The notes: a model not told the origin generated them from the letters alone. DNA of 64,000 bases from an uncultured Pseudomonadota bacterium (GCA_963736005.1 CAVTNB010000001.1:32001-96000), one strand, 5' to 3'; positions 51,451 through 62,095 are shown, counted from the first letter of the stretch. Program-made: numbers and translations.

Positions 51451-52764
51451 ATGGAATTCACGCAAACAAACTCTGCTTCTTCCAGGCCAGACGCGATCGT
51501 CATCGGCGCGGGGATGGCAGGTGTCACTGCGGCGCGAGCACTTACGCGCGCAGGGCTGCGCGTTCTCATCCTCGAGGCCAGGCGCAGACTTGGCGGACGC
51601 GTCTACACGCTACGCGATTTTTGCAGTGCACCGGTCGAAGCGGGTGCAGAATTCATCCACGGAAGAACGGCGCAGACTTGGCCGGACGTGCGAGCGGCAA
51701 ATCTTGGCGTGCGACCCAGCCCTCACAAGCGCGACGTGATGATGAACGTCGGCGATGGGGCGCGCTGGCTGCCCGCTGTTTTGGTAAGCCCCGAGGTGTG
51801 GCCGGCGTTTAGCATCCTGCGCCAGCTGGCTCACGCCGCATCCGAACACGATGACCTTTCAGCGGCGCAGTTCATCAAGCGACAAGGGTATCGAGGGCGG
51901 GCTCGCACGCTTGCGGAGATGGTCCTCTCCTCCCACTTGCCAGGAGACCTGGAGGACATTGGCATCCACGGCTTTGTGGCCGATGGCGTGCTTAAGCTCG
52001 AGACAGGCAACGACTACCGCATCGGCGCCGGATACGATCGCCTGGTCGAGCACATTGCTCAGGGGCTCAAGATTGAATATGGTTTCGTGGTGAGCGCAAT
52101 TGAGTGGTCAACGGAGGGTGTGACGGTCGGGTCGACGGATGGCCGCACGGTCGCGGCGGGCGCCGCTGTCTTGACGCTGCCAGTCGGCGTACTGCAAGCA
52201 GGCTCGATCCGGTTCACTCCCAATCTGCCTACGTGCAAAAGCCTGGCGCTCGAAGGCGTCATCATGGGATCAGTCGTCAAGGTGCTGCTCCTTTTCGAGG
52301 AGTCATTTTGGCCGCGGCGGTTGTCGGCGCTGTTCTGTGGCATTGGACCGGTGACGCTCTATTGGAATGTCTTCTACGCGTCGACATCGGGATCGCCGGT
52401 CCTGTGTGCGTACTGCACTGGTTCCCGCGCCGTGGCCCTCAGCCGGGTGAGCGAAGAAGAAGCGGTCAATCGTATCATCGGGGATTTGCGCAACAGCTTC
52501 CCCAAAGCAGCGCCTCGGCTTGCCGCTTGGCGCCGCATCGATTGGGGCAACGACCCTTTCGCACGCGGCGGGTATTCATTCTTACGCCCAGGCGCCGCTG
52601 GAGCGCGGGCTCAACTTGCTGCCGCGTCTACTGGGAACCTTTTCTGGGCTGGTTCGGAGACGGCCACGCTGCCGATCGCCGCTACCGTTGAAGGGGCCTT
52701 TACGAGCGGGCTGCGAGCTGCCGAGGATGTGTTGCGAGCTTTTGGTGAACGTTTGAAATGCTGA
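51451..52764 (+). CDS. Flavin monoamine oxidase family oxidoreductase
   Basis: IVIGAGMAG, EARRRLGGR, EAGAEFIHG, TVEGAFTSGLRAA motifs. Confidence 0.9.
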   Translation: MEFTQTNSASSRPDAIVIGAGMAGVTAARALTRAGLRVLILEARRRLGGRVYTLRDFCSAPVEAGAEFIHGRTAQTWPDVRAANLGVRPSPHKRDVMMNVGDGARWLPAVLVSPEVWPAFSILRQLAHAASEHDDLSAAQFIKRQGYRGRARTLAEMVLSSHLPGDLEDIGIHGFVADGVLKLETGNDYRIGAGYDRLVEHIAQGLKIEYGFVVSAIEWSTEGVTVGSTDGRTVAAGAAVLTLPVGVLQAGSIRFTPNLPTCKSLALEGVIMGSVVKVLLLFEESFWPRRLSALFCGIGPVTLYWNVFYASTSGSPVLCAYCTGSRAVALSRVSEEEAVNRIIGDLRNSFPKAAPRLAAWRRIDWGNDPFARGGYSFLRPGAAGARAQLAAASTGNLFWAGSETATLPIAATVEGAFTSGLRAAEDVLRAFGERLKC

Positions 52765-52790
52765 GCGAAGGATGCTCGTGATGGAGAAAG

Positions 52791-53234
52791 ATGCCGACTG
52801 ACTTTCGAGATGGAAAGACATTCCCGCGCCGAGGTCGAGAGGCGCTCGGCGAGTTCTTATGGTTGGCTCGAGTCTTCGATAAGGCGCGGGCCAAGATGAA
52901 CCGAACGCACGACGGCTACATCTACCCATGTCCTATGGATCGCGCGATGATGCGGCGCTGGCGCATCAGGCCGAGCGAATTCACTGCCGCAATCGATGAG
53001 CGCCCAACCGACGAACTCATCCTCGCATGGCTGTCCCAACGCGTCACTTCGGACAAGATTCGAGAGGCCAACGACTGGCTGTTGCGCCAAAAGTTTGCAC
53101 TGGATCGACAGGACGCGGAGGAAGGCGTACCAGGCGCGGTCGCGCCCAAAGTACCGTCGGAAATCATCGTCGGTCTTGTCGTCGCTATGCTGATGCTGTT
53201 GGCAGCTTGGCTCGCGCGGGTATTGCACGGCTAA
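52791..53234 (+). CDS. DUF5069-like protein with C-terminal TM anchor
   Basis: WLARVFDKARA...YIYPCPMD. Confidence 0.7.
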   Translation: MPTDFRDGKTFPRRGREALGEFLWLARVFDKARAKMNRTHDGYIYPCPMDRAMMRRWRIRPSEFTAAIDERPTDELILAWLSQRVTSDKIREANDWLLRQKFALDRQDAEEGVPGAVAPKVPSEIIVGLVVAMLMLLAAWLARVLHG

Positions 53235-53254
53235 GCGAGCAAAGAGAGCTACAC

Positions 53255-53770
53255 ATGGACGTCTTCGAGGAGAAGCCAGAAACGGAGCTCGGGCGCGCGC
53301 TCTTTGAAGAGCTGGTTTGGATCCATGGTGTGATCCGCCGAGATCTTGCAACCGTGCGCCAGCTCGCAGCCGACGTGGTGACAAACATGCCCGCGCACCA
53401 AGTGTCCGCCGAAATCAAAGACCTCAAACGGGATAGCAAGCTATGGCAGCTCAAGGTGGGATGTCTTCGCTATTGCCGATTTGTTCACTCGCACCACAAC
53501 ATTGAAGACGCTGCCTTTTTCCCGTCTCTGCGAGCAGCCAATCCGGTGCTCAATCCAGTGGTTGACAAACTAGAGGACGACCATCGCAAGGTTTCCGACT
53601 TATTGGATGCCGTAGAAGAAGGTGCTGACGTGCTCACTAAAATTGACAGCGATGCGGTGCGGCGCAGCCTCGCCGACACGTTGACCGTGCTCGGCGAACG
53701 TCTCCTCGAGCATCTCGACTATGAGGAACTGAACGTAGGTCCGACATTGCGTCGGATGCAAGGAATCTAA
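53255..53770 (+). CDS. Hemerythrin/HHE domain protein
   Basis: IHGVIRRDL, HSHHNIED, LEDDH, EHLDYEE motifs. Confidence 0.85.
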   Translation: MDVFEEKPETELGRALFEELVWIHGVIRRDLATVRQLAADVVTNMPAHQVSAEIKDLKRDSKLWQLKVGCLRYCRFVHSHHNIEDAAFFPSLRAANPVLNPVVDKLEDDHRKVSDLLDAVEEGADVLTKIDSDAVRRSLADTLTVLGERLLEHLDYEELNVGPTLRRMQGI

Positions 53771-53900
53771 ACCGCCAAACGACTCGCCGAGAAATACAGG
53801 TGGCCATCCGGGCGCGTCGAAATCGCCCGCCTCCTGGAAGGCGAACCGGCACATTCTAGCACCGGTCGTCATCTTAACTGTCCGAGAAGGAAGGCAGATC

Positions 53901-54206
53901 ATGCCCATAACTGTGCAAGACTCAGTGGCCGTAGCTCCGCATATTTACAGGGTCCTCTTCGAAAACGAGCGAGTCCGTTTGCTCGAAGTGCGGATGAAGC
54001 CGGGCGACAGTTCAGCGATGCATACGCACCCCGCGTACGCCATATATCCACTCAGCGACGCCAAAGCAACGTTTACTTCCCCGGATGGGGAAAGCGTGGA
54101 AGTGGAGATGAAAGCCGGCGAAACGCTCTGGCACGAGGCGGAATCACACGCTGTTGAAAACCATGGGCCCAGCGAAGCCCGAGTAATTCTGTTTGAGCTA
54201 AAGTAA
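53901..54206 (+). CDS. Small cupin protein
   Basis: FENERVRLLE, MHTHP, SHAVEN motifs. Confidence 0.85.
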   Translation: MPITVQDSVAVAPHIYRVLFENERVRLLEVRMKPGDSSAMHTHPAYAIYPLSDAKATFTSPDGESVEVEMKAGETLWHEAESHAVENHGPSEARVILFELK

Positions 54207-54255
54207 CGACACATCGTGCCTCGAGGAGACGATCGGAAACGGTCGTCTCCCTATT

Positions 54256-55811
54256 TTGGCGTTGAGCGATACAACCCGGCCCGAGAGCGATCGTCTCGCG
54301 GCACTAGGCTACCGGCAAGAACTCTCGAGAGTGCTCTCACTCTTCGACAACTTCTCCGTTGCCTTCAGCTACCTGAGCCCGATGGTCGGGATCTACTCGC
54401 TCTATACGTTGGGTCTAGGCACCGGCGGACCGCGTTACATCTGGACGATTCCCCTCGTCGTCTGCCTGATGATGCTGGTCGCCTTGGTGTTCGGCGAGCT
54501 TTCCAGCGAATATCCGCTCTCGGGCGCGCTCTATCAATACGGCAAGTACAACGTCGGGCCGCGCTACGGCTGGTTCATCGGTTGGATCTACGGCTTTGCG
54601 CTGCTTGCGACCGTGGCGTCCGTCGATTCGGGCGCCGTCGGATACGTTGCGTCGCTCTCGAATATTTGTTTCAGGACGCACCTGGACCCCGCGAAGCACA
54701 TGACGATCTTCGTCATCACTGGCGCTATCATCGTCCTCTCGGCGATCTTGAACTCCGTCGGTGCCAAAATCATGGGTCAGGTCGCGCGCTTCGGCGTGTA
54801 CGTAGAGACGATCGGCACTTTCGGCGTGTTCATCGCGCTGGCGATCGCCGGCTTTCACCAGGGTTTGGGTTTCATCTTCTCGTCGCAGAACGTCGAGTAT
54901 CTCAAAAACAACCCACTGGGCGTGAACTTCGGCAGGAGACTGGTGGACGGGTGCGGCGCTCGTTGCGGTGCTCGCCAACGTCTACATCTTCTACGGCTTC
55001 GAATCGGCTGGTGACATCTCCGAGGAGACCGTCGACGCGCAGCGTCAGGTTCCCAAGGCCATGCGCAACGCGCTGCTGTATGGCGGCATCGCGTCGTTCG
55101 TCTTGGTGCTTGGCTTGCTTCTGGCGACGCCGGCGTCCGGGATCGGCGGTGTCGTGTCCGGCGGCATCAACGTCATTCTCTCGGTCCTGCCGGGTTGGCT
55201 CCAGGACTTTTTCCTCGTCATGGTCATCGTCGCGTTCTTCAGTTGCGGCACCGCCGTTCAGGGTGCCGGTTCCCGCGTGGCGTTCGCACTCGCTCGCGAC
55301 GGAGCGCTGCCGTTCAGCGATAAGATAAAGAAGATCTCGGAGCGCTGGCACACACCGGCCAACGCGATTTTGGTGGGAACGATCGTTCCGTTTCTTTTCT
55401 TGCTGCTCGTCCTTGTGAATCCAAATAAGGTCGGTTCACATCTTGTGGTTCGACTATCCGGCAAACGTCAACGCGCTCTACGCCCTGGTCTCGTTCGCTA
55501 CCTCGGGCATTTACCTCGCCTTTTTCCTTACGGTCTTCGGAGCGTTTCTCGCCCGGCGTCGGGGATGGAAGCCGAGCGGCAGCTTCACGCTCGGTACATG
55601 GGGCATGCCGGTAACCATCGCCGGTGCCCTGTACTTGCTGCTGATGCTGGCGAACATCGTCTGGCCGAGCTCGCTTGCGAGCGGCCGCGCAATTTTCAAT
55701 TACGGCTGGGTGACGCTCTTGGTCATGGCGGTCATTGTAGCCATAGGAGCCACGTACGAGGCAATCGCACGACCCGACCGAAATGTCGCGCAACACCGGA
55801 TCGAGAGGTAA
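54256..55811 (+). CDS. APC-family amino acid permease, two frameshifts (about 54935 and 55430)
   Basis: LGYRQELSR, ELSSEYPLSG, YGFESAGDISEET, ARDGALPFS across three frames. Confidence 0.85.
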
Positions 55812-55835
55812 GGCCAGCATCGGCCGGATTGGAGG

Positions 55836-56144
55836 ATGGTCATGAAAACGACATGGAAGCCGCACGAGAAGCACGGGCGACTGACAAAGCAAAGCGACTT
55901 GCCCGACAGCGTGTTCGCTTTCCCCAAACAACGCAAGGAACCCATGACTGATGCGACCCACGTGCGCACGGCCATGGCCCGCATGGATCAGGTGAAAGAC
56001 GTTTCAGCCGCTGATCGCGATCTTGCGTTCGCCAATATCAAGAAAGCCGCCGAGTATTACGGCATCAAGTTGTCCGAAACGTCGTGGCGTGACGTCGGCG
56101 TGCATCCGCAAACCATCACAGCCGCGAGAAAAAAGCGCAGGTAG
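55836..56144 (+). CDS. DUF6582-like small protein
   Basis: LPDSVFAFPKQRKEPMTDATHVR...IKKAAEYYGI; GGAGG RBS. Confidence 0.75.
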   Translation: MVMKTTWKPHEKHGRLTKQSDLPDSVFAFPKQRKEPMTDATHVRTAMARMDQVKDVSAADRDLAFANIKKAAEYYGIKLSETSWRDVGVHPQTITAARKKRR

Positions 56145-56148
56145 GGAT

Positions 56149-56835
56149 TTACGTTGTCTTCATGATCGCACCAAAGGTGCGGACGAGTTCGTAGAGCTCG
56201 TAGGGATCACCGGTTTGGCCAACGGGTCCTATTGTCTGCATTGCCGCTGCGGACTCGCGAAACGCGGTCAAGCTGTCCTTGTGGTCCCAGCGATGCATGA
56301 GATAGCTGCGGAGTCCATCATCCATGACGAACAAGGCCGCACCGACAAATCCATCCGGCCGCGTTTTCTCGATGAGGGTCAATACTTCGGCAGCTCTTGA
56401 GGCGCTGAGGTTGAGTCTCTCGATTGCCAAGACGGTATGCGATCCTGGGGTGATCGTCGGATCGCCCCTAATGGCGGTGACACGGCATAAGGAGAGATCG
56501 CGCTTTTCCACGGCTTCGCGATGTTCGCGTTCGAGATGATGCTCATCCCAGGCATGCTGGAGCTTAGCGTACGCGTCATGCCCCGTGATCCAAACAAACG
56601 TCGCAACGCGGCGTTTGTGTCGCGATACGAAGATCGCAGCTGCTTGCACGTCCACTTCTTTGCCGAGCAACTCGATCAGCGTCTCGCTGGCGGCGATAGC
56701 AGCATCAGCACGATCGCTTCGCACGTGGATGAGTTCAACTGCCGTCCATTCGGTCGGCCCTGCGCGCAGCACCAGCGGTGGACCACCTGCTCGGTGGTCG
56801 ACTGGCGTATGTGCGCGCGTCTTTCGGCTACTCAT
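56149..56835 (-). CDS. Hypothetical protein, possible ABM-like dimeric alpha/beta barrel
   Basis: Two repeats of beta-alpha-beta with (G)FVGAALF...RW pattern. Confidence 0.5.
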   Translation of the reverse strand: MSSRKTRAHTPVDHRAGGPPLVLRAGPTEWTAVELIHVRSDRADAAIAASETLIELLGKEVDVQAAAIFVSRHKRRVATFVWITGHDAYAKLQHAWDEHHLEREHREAVEKRDLSLCRVTAIRGDPTITPGSHTVLAIERLNLSASRAAEVLTLIEKTRPDGFVGAALFVMDDGLRSYLMHRWDHKDSLTAFRESAAAMQTIGPVGQTGDPYELYELVRTFGAIMKTT

Positions 56836-56848
56836 GAGTCTCCCTGCC

Positions 56849-57937
56849 CTAGCGTGCCAGCGCCAACCGTTGCAGTAGTCCCTCGCGCGTGATGAAACCT
56901 ACGACTGCGCCCGTCTTGTCAATGATCGGAAGCTGATGATAACCACTCTGCGCCAGAACACTCAGTGCCTGCATCGAATCGCTCTCCGGTGAGACACTCT
57001 TGATCTTTTCGACCGTCGTCATCAGCGAAGCCACAGGTGCGTCGGGAGAGCTCGCGTGAGCGCGCGCGAGATCCGTAAGCGTGATGATGCCGAGCAGCCG
57101 GCCATTTTGTACCACTGCCGCCGCACGCTGCCCGCTGCGCAACAGCTCTTCAGTGGCAGCGCGCGCGCTCGTGTCTGGTGAGAGCGGTGGAGGCGGTGCG
57201 GTCGCGACCGCACCGGCCGTCTGACCACCCAGCGTCATGCCGAGTTCGGACTGATACGCCTCTGCCCGCCCTGCTTGGTAGAGGAACCAGCCGATCAGCG
57301 CAATCCACAGGCCGTTGAAGAAACCACCACTGAACGACATGAAGATTCCAAGGACGACCATAAAGAGCGCGATGGTCTGGCCGATCGCGACCGCTACCCG
57401 GGTTGCGCGGCGACGATCGCCGGTTGCGCGCCAGATGAGCGAGTGGAGCACCTTGCCGCCATCGAGCGGGTACGCGGGCACAAGATTGAAGATCGCGAGG
57501 ACTCCATTCGCCCACGCGAGATAGCCGGCTGCGAGGCCCGTCGCCGAATGCGTGCCGAGGGCTTGAGCGACGAAATAGAAGAGCGCTGAGATAGCGAGAC
57601 TGGTAAGTGGTCCAACAAACGCGATCCATCCCTCGCCGGTTGCGCTCTCGAAATCACCGCCAATCTGCGAAACGCCGCCGAAGATGAACAACGTGATGCG
57701 CGAGACCGGTAACCCACGCATGCGCGCCGTCACCGAGTGTGCCAACTCATGCGCGAGCACGCTCGCAAAAAACAACAACGTGGTGAGGATGCCGAGCGCC
57801 GCGCGCTCGCCCGCAGATAAACCGGCTGACCTCAGCGGGCCGACGTCGCTGCTGAGCAGCCACGCGACGAGCACGAAGATGAGGAACCAGCTCGGGTCGA
57901 TGTAGATGTCGATGCCGAAGATGCGAGCAACGCGCAT
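56849..57937 (-). CDS. Site-2 protease (M50) with CBS pair
   Basis: AHELAH, FNLVPAYPLDGG, C-terminal CBS domains. Confidence 0.92.
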   Translation of the reverse strand: MRVARIFGIDIYIDPSWFLIFVLVAWLLSSDVGPLRSAGLSAGERAALGILTTLLFFASVLAHELAHSVTARMRGLPVSRITLFIFGGVSQIGGDFESATGEGWIAFVGPLTSLAISALFYFVAQALGTHSATGLAAGYLAWANGVLAIFNLVPAYPLDGGKVLHSLIWRATGDRRRATRVAVAIGQTIALFMVVLGIFMSFSGGFFNGLWIALIGWFLYQAGRAEAYQSELGMTLGGQTAGAVATAPPPPLSPDTSARAATEELLRSGQRAAAVVQNGRLLGIITLTDLARAHASSPDAPVASLMTTVEKIKSVSPESDSMQALSVLAQSGYHQLPIIDKTGAVVGFITREGLLQRLALAR

Positions 57938-58088
57938 GCCCGGACAATTACATCCTTTGGGTTTTACTCCTAGGTCGCGCAAACATGAGCAAACAAGGGC
58001 TTCCTGGGGGGATTGACGGCTTTGCTAGCATAGAAGGTACTCACATTCGTCTGTTGGAGACTACCAATGACCGCTCAGCCGCAAAGTT

Positions 58089-58676
58089 GTGTCCAGGACA
58101 GAATCGATCATCCCCGGTTTGCAAGGCGGTAAAGCCATTCCAGCATCGCACGTTGTCGATTGGCGCTATTTTTTCCAGCTCGACAACGAGGTCGTTCCTC
58201 AAGCAAGTCGGCGCATTGGGCCGACCATGGCCCATGCGTTGCTTGACCTGCCCGAAGCCATGGTCGGTGCGGCAGAGGTGCCGGAATATCACTCGCTTGC
58301 GTGTCGCGATCTCCTTCGCGGGCGCGCTCTGAACTTGCCTTCGGGTGAAGCGGTCGCACGCTTCTTAGGTGTTCCGGTCCTTACGTCGGAACAAATCCAA
58401 CTAGATCGATTTGGTTGGAGAAACGAAACACCGCTGTGGTATTACATCTTAAGAGAGGCGGAAGTTCTGGCCAACGGCCAGCACCTGGGGCCAGTCGGCG
58501 GGCGCATAGTGGCAGAGGTGCTTGTGGGTCTCATTGATGACGATCCGCTGTCGTATCGAAAAGCAGATCCGAATTGGACGCCCGCGTTCGTGCGCTCCGC
58601 CTCGGACGATTTCACCATTGAGACCTTGATAAGGTTCACGCGACTGGCTCACGCTGGAACGAGGAGTCGGAATTGA
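58089..58676 (+). pseudogene. C-terminal fragment of an animal-heme-peroxidase-family gene
   Basis: DLLRGRALNLPSGE, TPLWYYILREAE, LGPVGGRIVAEV; N-terminal part absent. Confidence 0.75.
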
Positions 58677-59278
58677 TATCGCGCGGGTTTCTGGGCCGTC
58701 GCAGGCCGGCAGAAGTAGAGAACCGCCTCCCGCCGGGGCAGTATCTTGTCACCGATTTCCCTGTGCTTTCTGCGGGGCCAACGCCCCATACGCCACTCGA
58801 TCGATGGTCGTTCACGATGGAAGGGCTCGTTGAATCACCCGCGAGCTGGAGTTGGGAAGAGTTCCGCAAACTGCCCAAGCAGACTTTTACGGTCGACATT
58901 AGTTGCGTCACGAAATGGACCAAGCTGGACACGAGATGGCTGGGAGTTAGCCTCGACACGCTGCTCGAGGCGGTCAAGCTCAAGCCAAACGCCCGCTACG
59001 TGATGGCCTTCAGTGATGGCGGTTATACCACCAATATTCCGCTCGACGAAATGGTGAAAGGCCAAGCCTTTGTCGCTTATGTGTTCGACGACAAGGAGCT
59101 TGCGCCTGAACACGGTGGCCCTGCTCGGCTTGTTGTTCCTCACCTCTATTTCTGGAAGAGCGCGAAATGGGTCCGCGGTCTGCGCTTCATGGAACAGGAC
59201 AAAGCTGGGTTTTGGGAATCACTGGGCTACAACATGCATGGCGATCCCTGGAAAGAGGAGCGCTATAGCGGAGACTGA
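58673..59278 (+). CDS. Sulfite-oxidase-like molybdopterin oxidoreductase
   Basis: RLPPGQY, CVTKW, EHGGPARLVVPHLYFWKSAKW motifs. Confidence 0.9.
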   Translation: MISRGFLGRRRPAEVENRLPPGQYLVTDFPVLSAGPTPHTPLDRWSFTMEGLVESPASWSWEEFRKLPKQTFTVDISCVTKWTKLDTRWLGVSLDTLLEAVKLKPNARYVMAFSDGGYTTNIPLDEMVKGQAFVAYVFDDKELAPEHGGPARLVVPHLYFWKSAKWVRGLRFMEQDKAGFWESLGYNMHGDPWKEERYSGD

Positions 59279-59281
59279 CGG

Positions 59282-60022
59282 ATGCAGCCTCTTCTCGAAT
59301 GGCAGGTCGGCAAGGTCACAGCGATTCATCCTGAAACGTCGCAAACCAAAAGCTTGACGTTGATGCTTCCTAAGTGGATGGCGCACCAGCCGGGTCAGCA
59401 CTATGACGTTCGTCTGACGGCTCCGGATGGATACCGAACGGAGCGCAGCTATTCTGTGGCATCCGAGCCGGAGCGCGTGGGCGAGATCGAGTTGACCGTT
59501 GAGCGGATTTCAGACGGTGAGGTATCGCCCTATCTCGACGATGTCATTATGGTCGGCGACCAAATCGAAGTTCGCGGACCCATCGGCGGATATTTCGTCT
59601 GGAATGTTGCTCTTGGCGGCCCATTAATGCTCATCGGCGGAGGGTCGGGAATCGTGCCACTGATGGCGATGCTCCGTCATCGCTCAGCGCAGCAATCCAC
59701 GATTCCGACGCGCCTACTGTATAGCACGCGAACCCCGGACGACGTGATTTACAAAGGCGAACTCGACCGGCTGACAGATGGTGGCACCAATCTGGAGGTT
59801 GCATTCACGTTCACTCGCCAGGCGCCGGCGGGCTGGACCGGGTATCGTCGTCGAATCGATGCCGCGATGTTGAGCCAGGTCATGGGGCCACTTGGAGCAG
59901 ACGTGCGCACCTACGTTTGCGGACCGACACTGTTGGTCGAAGCAGTTGCCGATACGCTCGTTCAGATGGGGCTACAGCCACAACGTATTAGAACCGAGCG
60001 TTTTGGCCCGACGGGAAAGTGA
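59282..60022 (+). CDS. Ferredoxin-NADP reductase-like FAD/NAD-binding oxidoreductase
   Basis: RSYSVAS, GEVSPYL, GGGSGIVP, YVCGP, RTERFG motifs. Confidence 0.9.
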   Translation: MQPLLEWQVGKVTAIHPETSQTKSLTLMLPKWMAHQPGQHYDVRLTAPDGYRTERSYSVASEPERVGEIELTVERISDGEVSPYLDDVIMVGDQIEVRGPIGGYFVWNVALGGPLMLIGGGSGIVPLMAMLRHRSAQQSTIPTRLLYSTRTPDDVIYKGELDRLTDGGTNLEVAFTFTRQAPAGWTGYRRRIDAAMLSQVMGPLGADVRTYVCGPTLLVEAVADTLVQMGLQPQRIRTERFGPTGK

Positions 60023-60032
60023 GGAAAAGAAT

Positions 60033-60323
60033 ATGTATGAGGAAGACGCGGATATGAATACAGCCTTGATGCTGGACGGCAATGCGGTTGCAGGTGAGTT
60101 GCAGCAGATTTTTGGCCGAGATATGACGGTGGCCGTTGCGAGGTGCTCGGCATGCGCGACTGATGCCGACCTAGGAGCTCTAATGGCCTTTACGCGCGGG
60201 CCAGGCATCGTCTTGCGATGCCCGGTATGTGGAGCTGCGATTGTGCGAGTAGTCCAAACCCCCACCTCGCATTATGTCGACGCGCGCGGTGCCATGTATA
60301 TGCGCCTCGAACGCCTGCCTTAG
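60033..60323 (+). CDS. DUF6510-like zinc-ribbon protein
   Basis: LDGNAVAG, CSAC...CPVC. Confidence 0.75.
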   Translation: MYEEDADMNTALMLDGNAVAGELQQIFGRDMTVAVARCSACATDADLGALMAFTRGPGIVLRCPVCGAAIVRVVQTPTSHYVDARGAMYMRLERLP

Positions 60324-60333
60324 CCTACTGGCG

Positions 60334-60744
60334 TCATTTCAGTTCGCAATTGACCATCCAGTCGATGCCGTATTTGTCAGAGAGCATCCCAAACATGGCG
60401 CCCCAGAACGATTTCTCTAATGGCACTTCGATCTTACCGCCTTTGGACAGAGCATCGAACAGGCGCTTTGCCTCGTTCACATCTTTTGTTGCGAGGCAGA
60501 GTGAGATAGCGCCCATCCCATATTGCGTGGTCGGCTGAGCGTCAGATGCCATAAATTTGACTGCGGGCGCACTAAAGGTGGAGTGCATTATCCTCTCGCC
60601 CATCTCGGCTGGCAGGCCCATATCTCCCGGCGCATCCTTCCATCGCGTCACTTCGCTGATTTCACCACCGAAAATGCTCTTATAAAAATTGAGGGCCTCT
60701 TCGCATTTGCCGCCGGTAATAAAAAGATACGGCTCGAAATCCAT
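60334..60744 (-). CDS. VOC/PhnB-like protein
   Basis: EPYL...EEALNFY...IMHS...FWGAMFGMLSDKYGIDWMVN. Confidence 0.9.
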   Translation of the reverse strand: MDFEPYLFITGGKCEEALNFYKSIFGGEISEVTRWKDAPGDMGLPAEMGERIMHSTFSAPAVKFMASDAQPTTQYGMGAISLCLATKDVNEAKRLFDALSKGGKIEVPLEKSFWGAMFGMLSDKYGIDWMVNCELK

Positions 60745-60896
60745 GATGTTCTCCCGTTGGACGAATTAAGGGACGAGCGGGTTCTGCGCCCCACCGGCGG
60801 TCGCCTCCCTGCGATTCCAACGCGACAACCCAAACCGCTGCCGACGCCAATTTTAACGGGGTGATCCAACCTGTGCGCCACAGCGTATAGAACACC

Positions 60897-61412
60897 ATGC
60901 GAAGTATTATCCTGACGTTAGCTACTCTTGTTTCGGTTGGTTGGCTCAGCGCGATCCAGTCGCCCGCGGGCGCAGGTGGATCCGATCTCGCGCCGCTGTA
61001 CACTGCCGGCACTTGGCTCAATGGATCGGCGTCGCAGGCGTCGCTGAGCGGCAAAGTGGTCATTGTGGACGTGTTCACATTCGACTGCATCAACTGCAAA
61101 CATGTCGTTCCCAATTTGCGCCGCCTGAACGCCGAACAGAACCCACGCACCTTTGCCATCGTCGGCGTGCATGCGCCGGAGACGCCTTACGAAGCGAATC
61201 TAGAAAACGTCAAAACAAATCTTGTTGCTCAAGGAATCAGCTGGCCGGTCCGAATCGATAATGATTTCACCGTGTGGCATGACTATGGAATCGAATACTG
61301 GCCGACGCAGTTGATTTTCGATCGTCATGGGCGACTTCGCAAGACGGTGATTGGCGAGGGCCAAGACGATCTCGTTAACGCGACGGTTCAAAGCTTGCTG
61401 AACGAACGATGA
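60897..61412 (+). CDS. Exported redoxin (DipZ-like thioredoxin domain)
   Basis: FTFDCINC, VGVHAPE, YWPT motifs. Confidence 0.85.
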   Translation: MRSIILTLATLVSVGWLSAIQSPAGAGGSDLAPLYTAGTWLNGSASQASLSGKVVIVDVFTFDCINCKHVVPNLRRLNAEQNPRTFAIVGVHAPETPYEANLENVKTNLVAQGISWPVRIDNDFTVWHDYGIEYWPTQLIFDRHGRLRKTVIGEGQDDLVNATVQSLLNER

Positions 61413-62095
61413 GGTTCCGTGGCAGCATGCCCGCTGTTGTGCTGGCGGCCGGCCTCGCATTGGCTGGTGCGGTGCTTGCGGCGCCGCGAACTCAAACCGA
61501 GACGAAGTTGCAGCTTGTCGTCAGCAAGTGGGACTCAACCTTCGCCGCGGGAGGCAGCATTCCAAGCGCGCGCAAGTATTTGTTACGCATCCTTGGCAGG
61601 CCGGGCGAGTACGTAACGTTGAGCGCAGGAGGATTGGCGCGCGCCTGGGTTGTGTCGTTCTGCACGCCGACCGTCTGCGCGCCATTTCACCTATCGCTTC
61701 AACTGCCGCAAAGTGGTGAGTTTGATATCGAACTCCAAGTCATTCCGCCGGATTCGGCACGGCGCCTCAAGGCACAGGTAACTCTTGGCGCACTCGCTGC
61801 AAATTCGCGCGTGACGTTATTGGCGTCCACTTTGCCGAGTGACGCGCCTACGTTCTGCACGTGTCGCCGTACGTCATCATCGCTATCGCGATCATCGGCG
61901 TGGTGGTATCGTCGTTCATCGAGCGCAAGAGAGCACAGCCCGTCAACTAGCGGTCACCACGGGGCTGAATCATCTGGGTGGCTTCGGTCTCGTGAACCGC
62001 TCGACTTGATCGCCGCAACAAAAACCATCACAAACGCCAGGAACGCCTGTGCCGCAAACACACGCCCTACGAAGCCAAATTCGTTATGCCCATGA
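61409..62095 (+). CDS. Secreted hypothetical protein (C-terminal part doubtful)
   Basis: 4-bp overlap with the redoxin, signal peptide, SFCTPTVCAP. The tail overlaps an opposite-strand ORF. Confidence 0.55.
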   Translation: MRFRGSMPAVVLAAGLALAGAVLAAPRTQTETKLQLVVSKWDSTFAAGGSIPSARKYLLRILGRPGEYVTLSAGGLARAWVVSFCTPTVCAPFHLSLQLPQSGEFDIELQVIPPDSARRLKAQVTLGALAANSRVTLLASTLPSDAPTFCTCRRTSSSLSRSSAWWYRRSSSAREHSPSTSGHHGAESSGWLRSREPLDLIAATKTITNARNACAANTRPTKPNSLCP

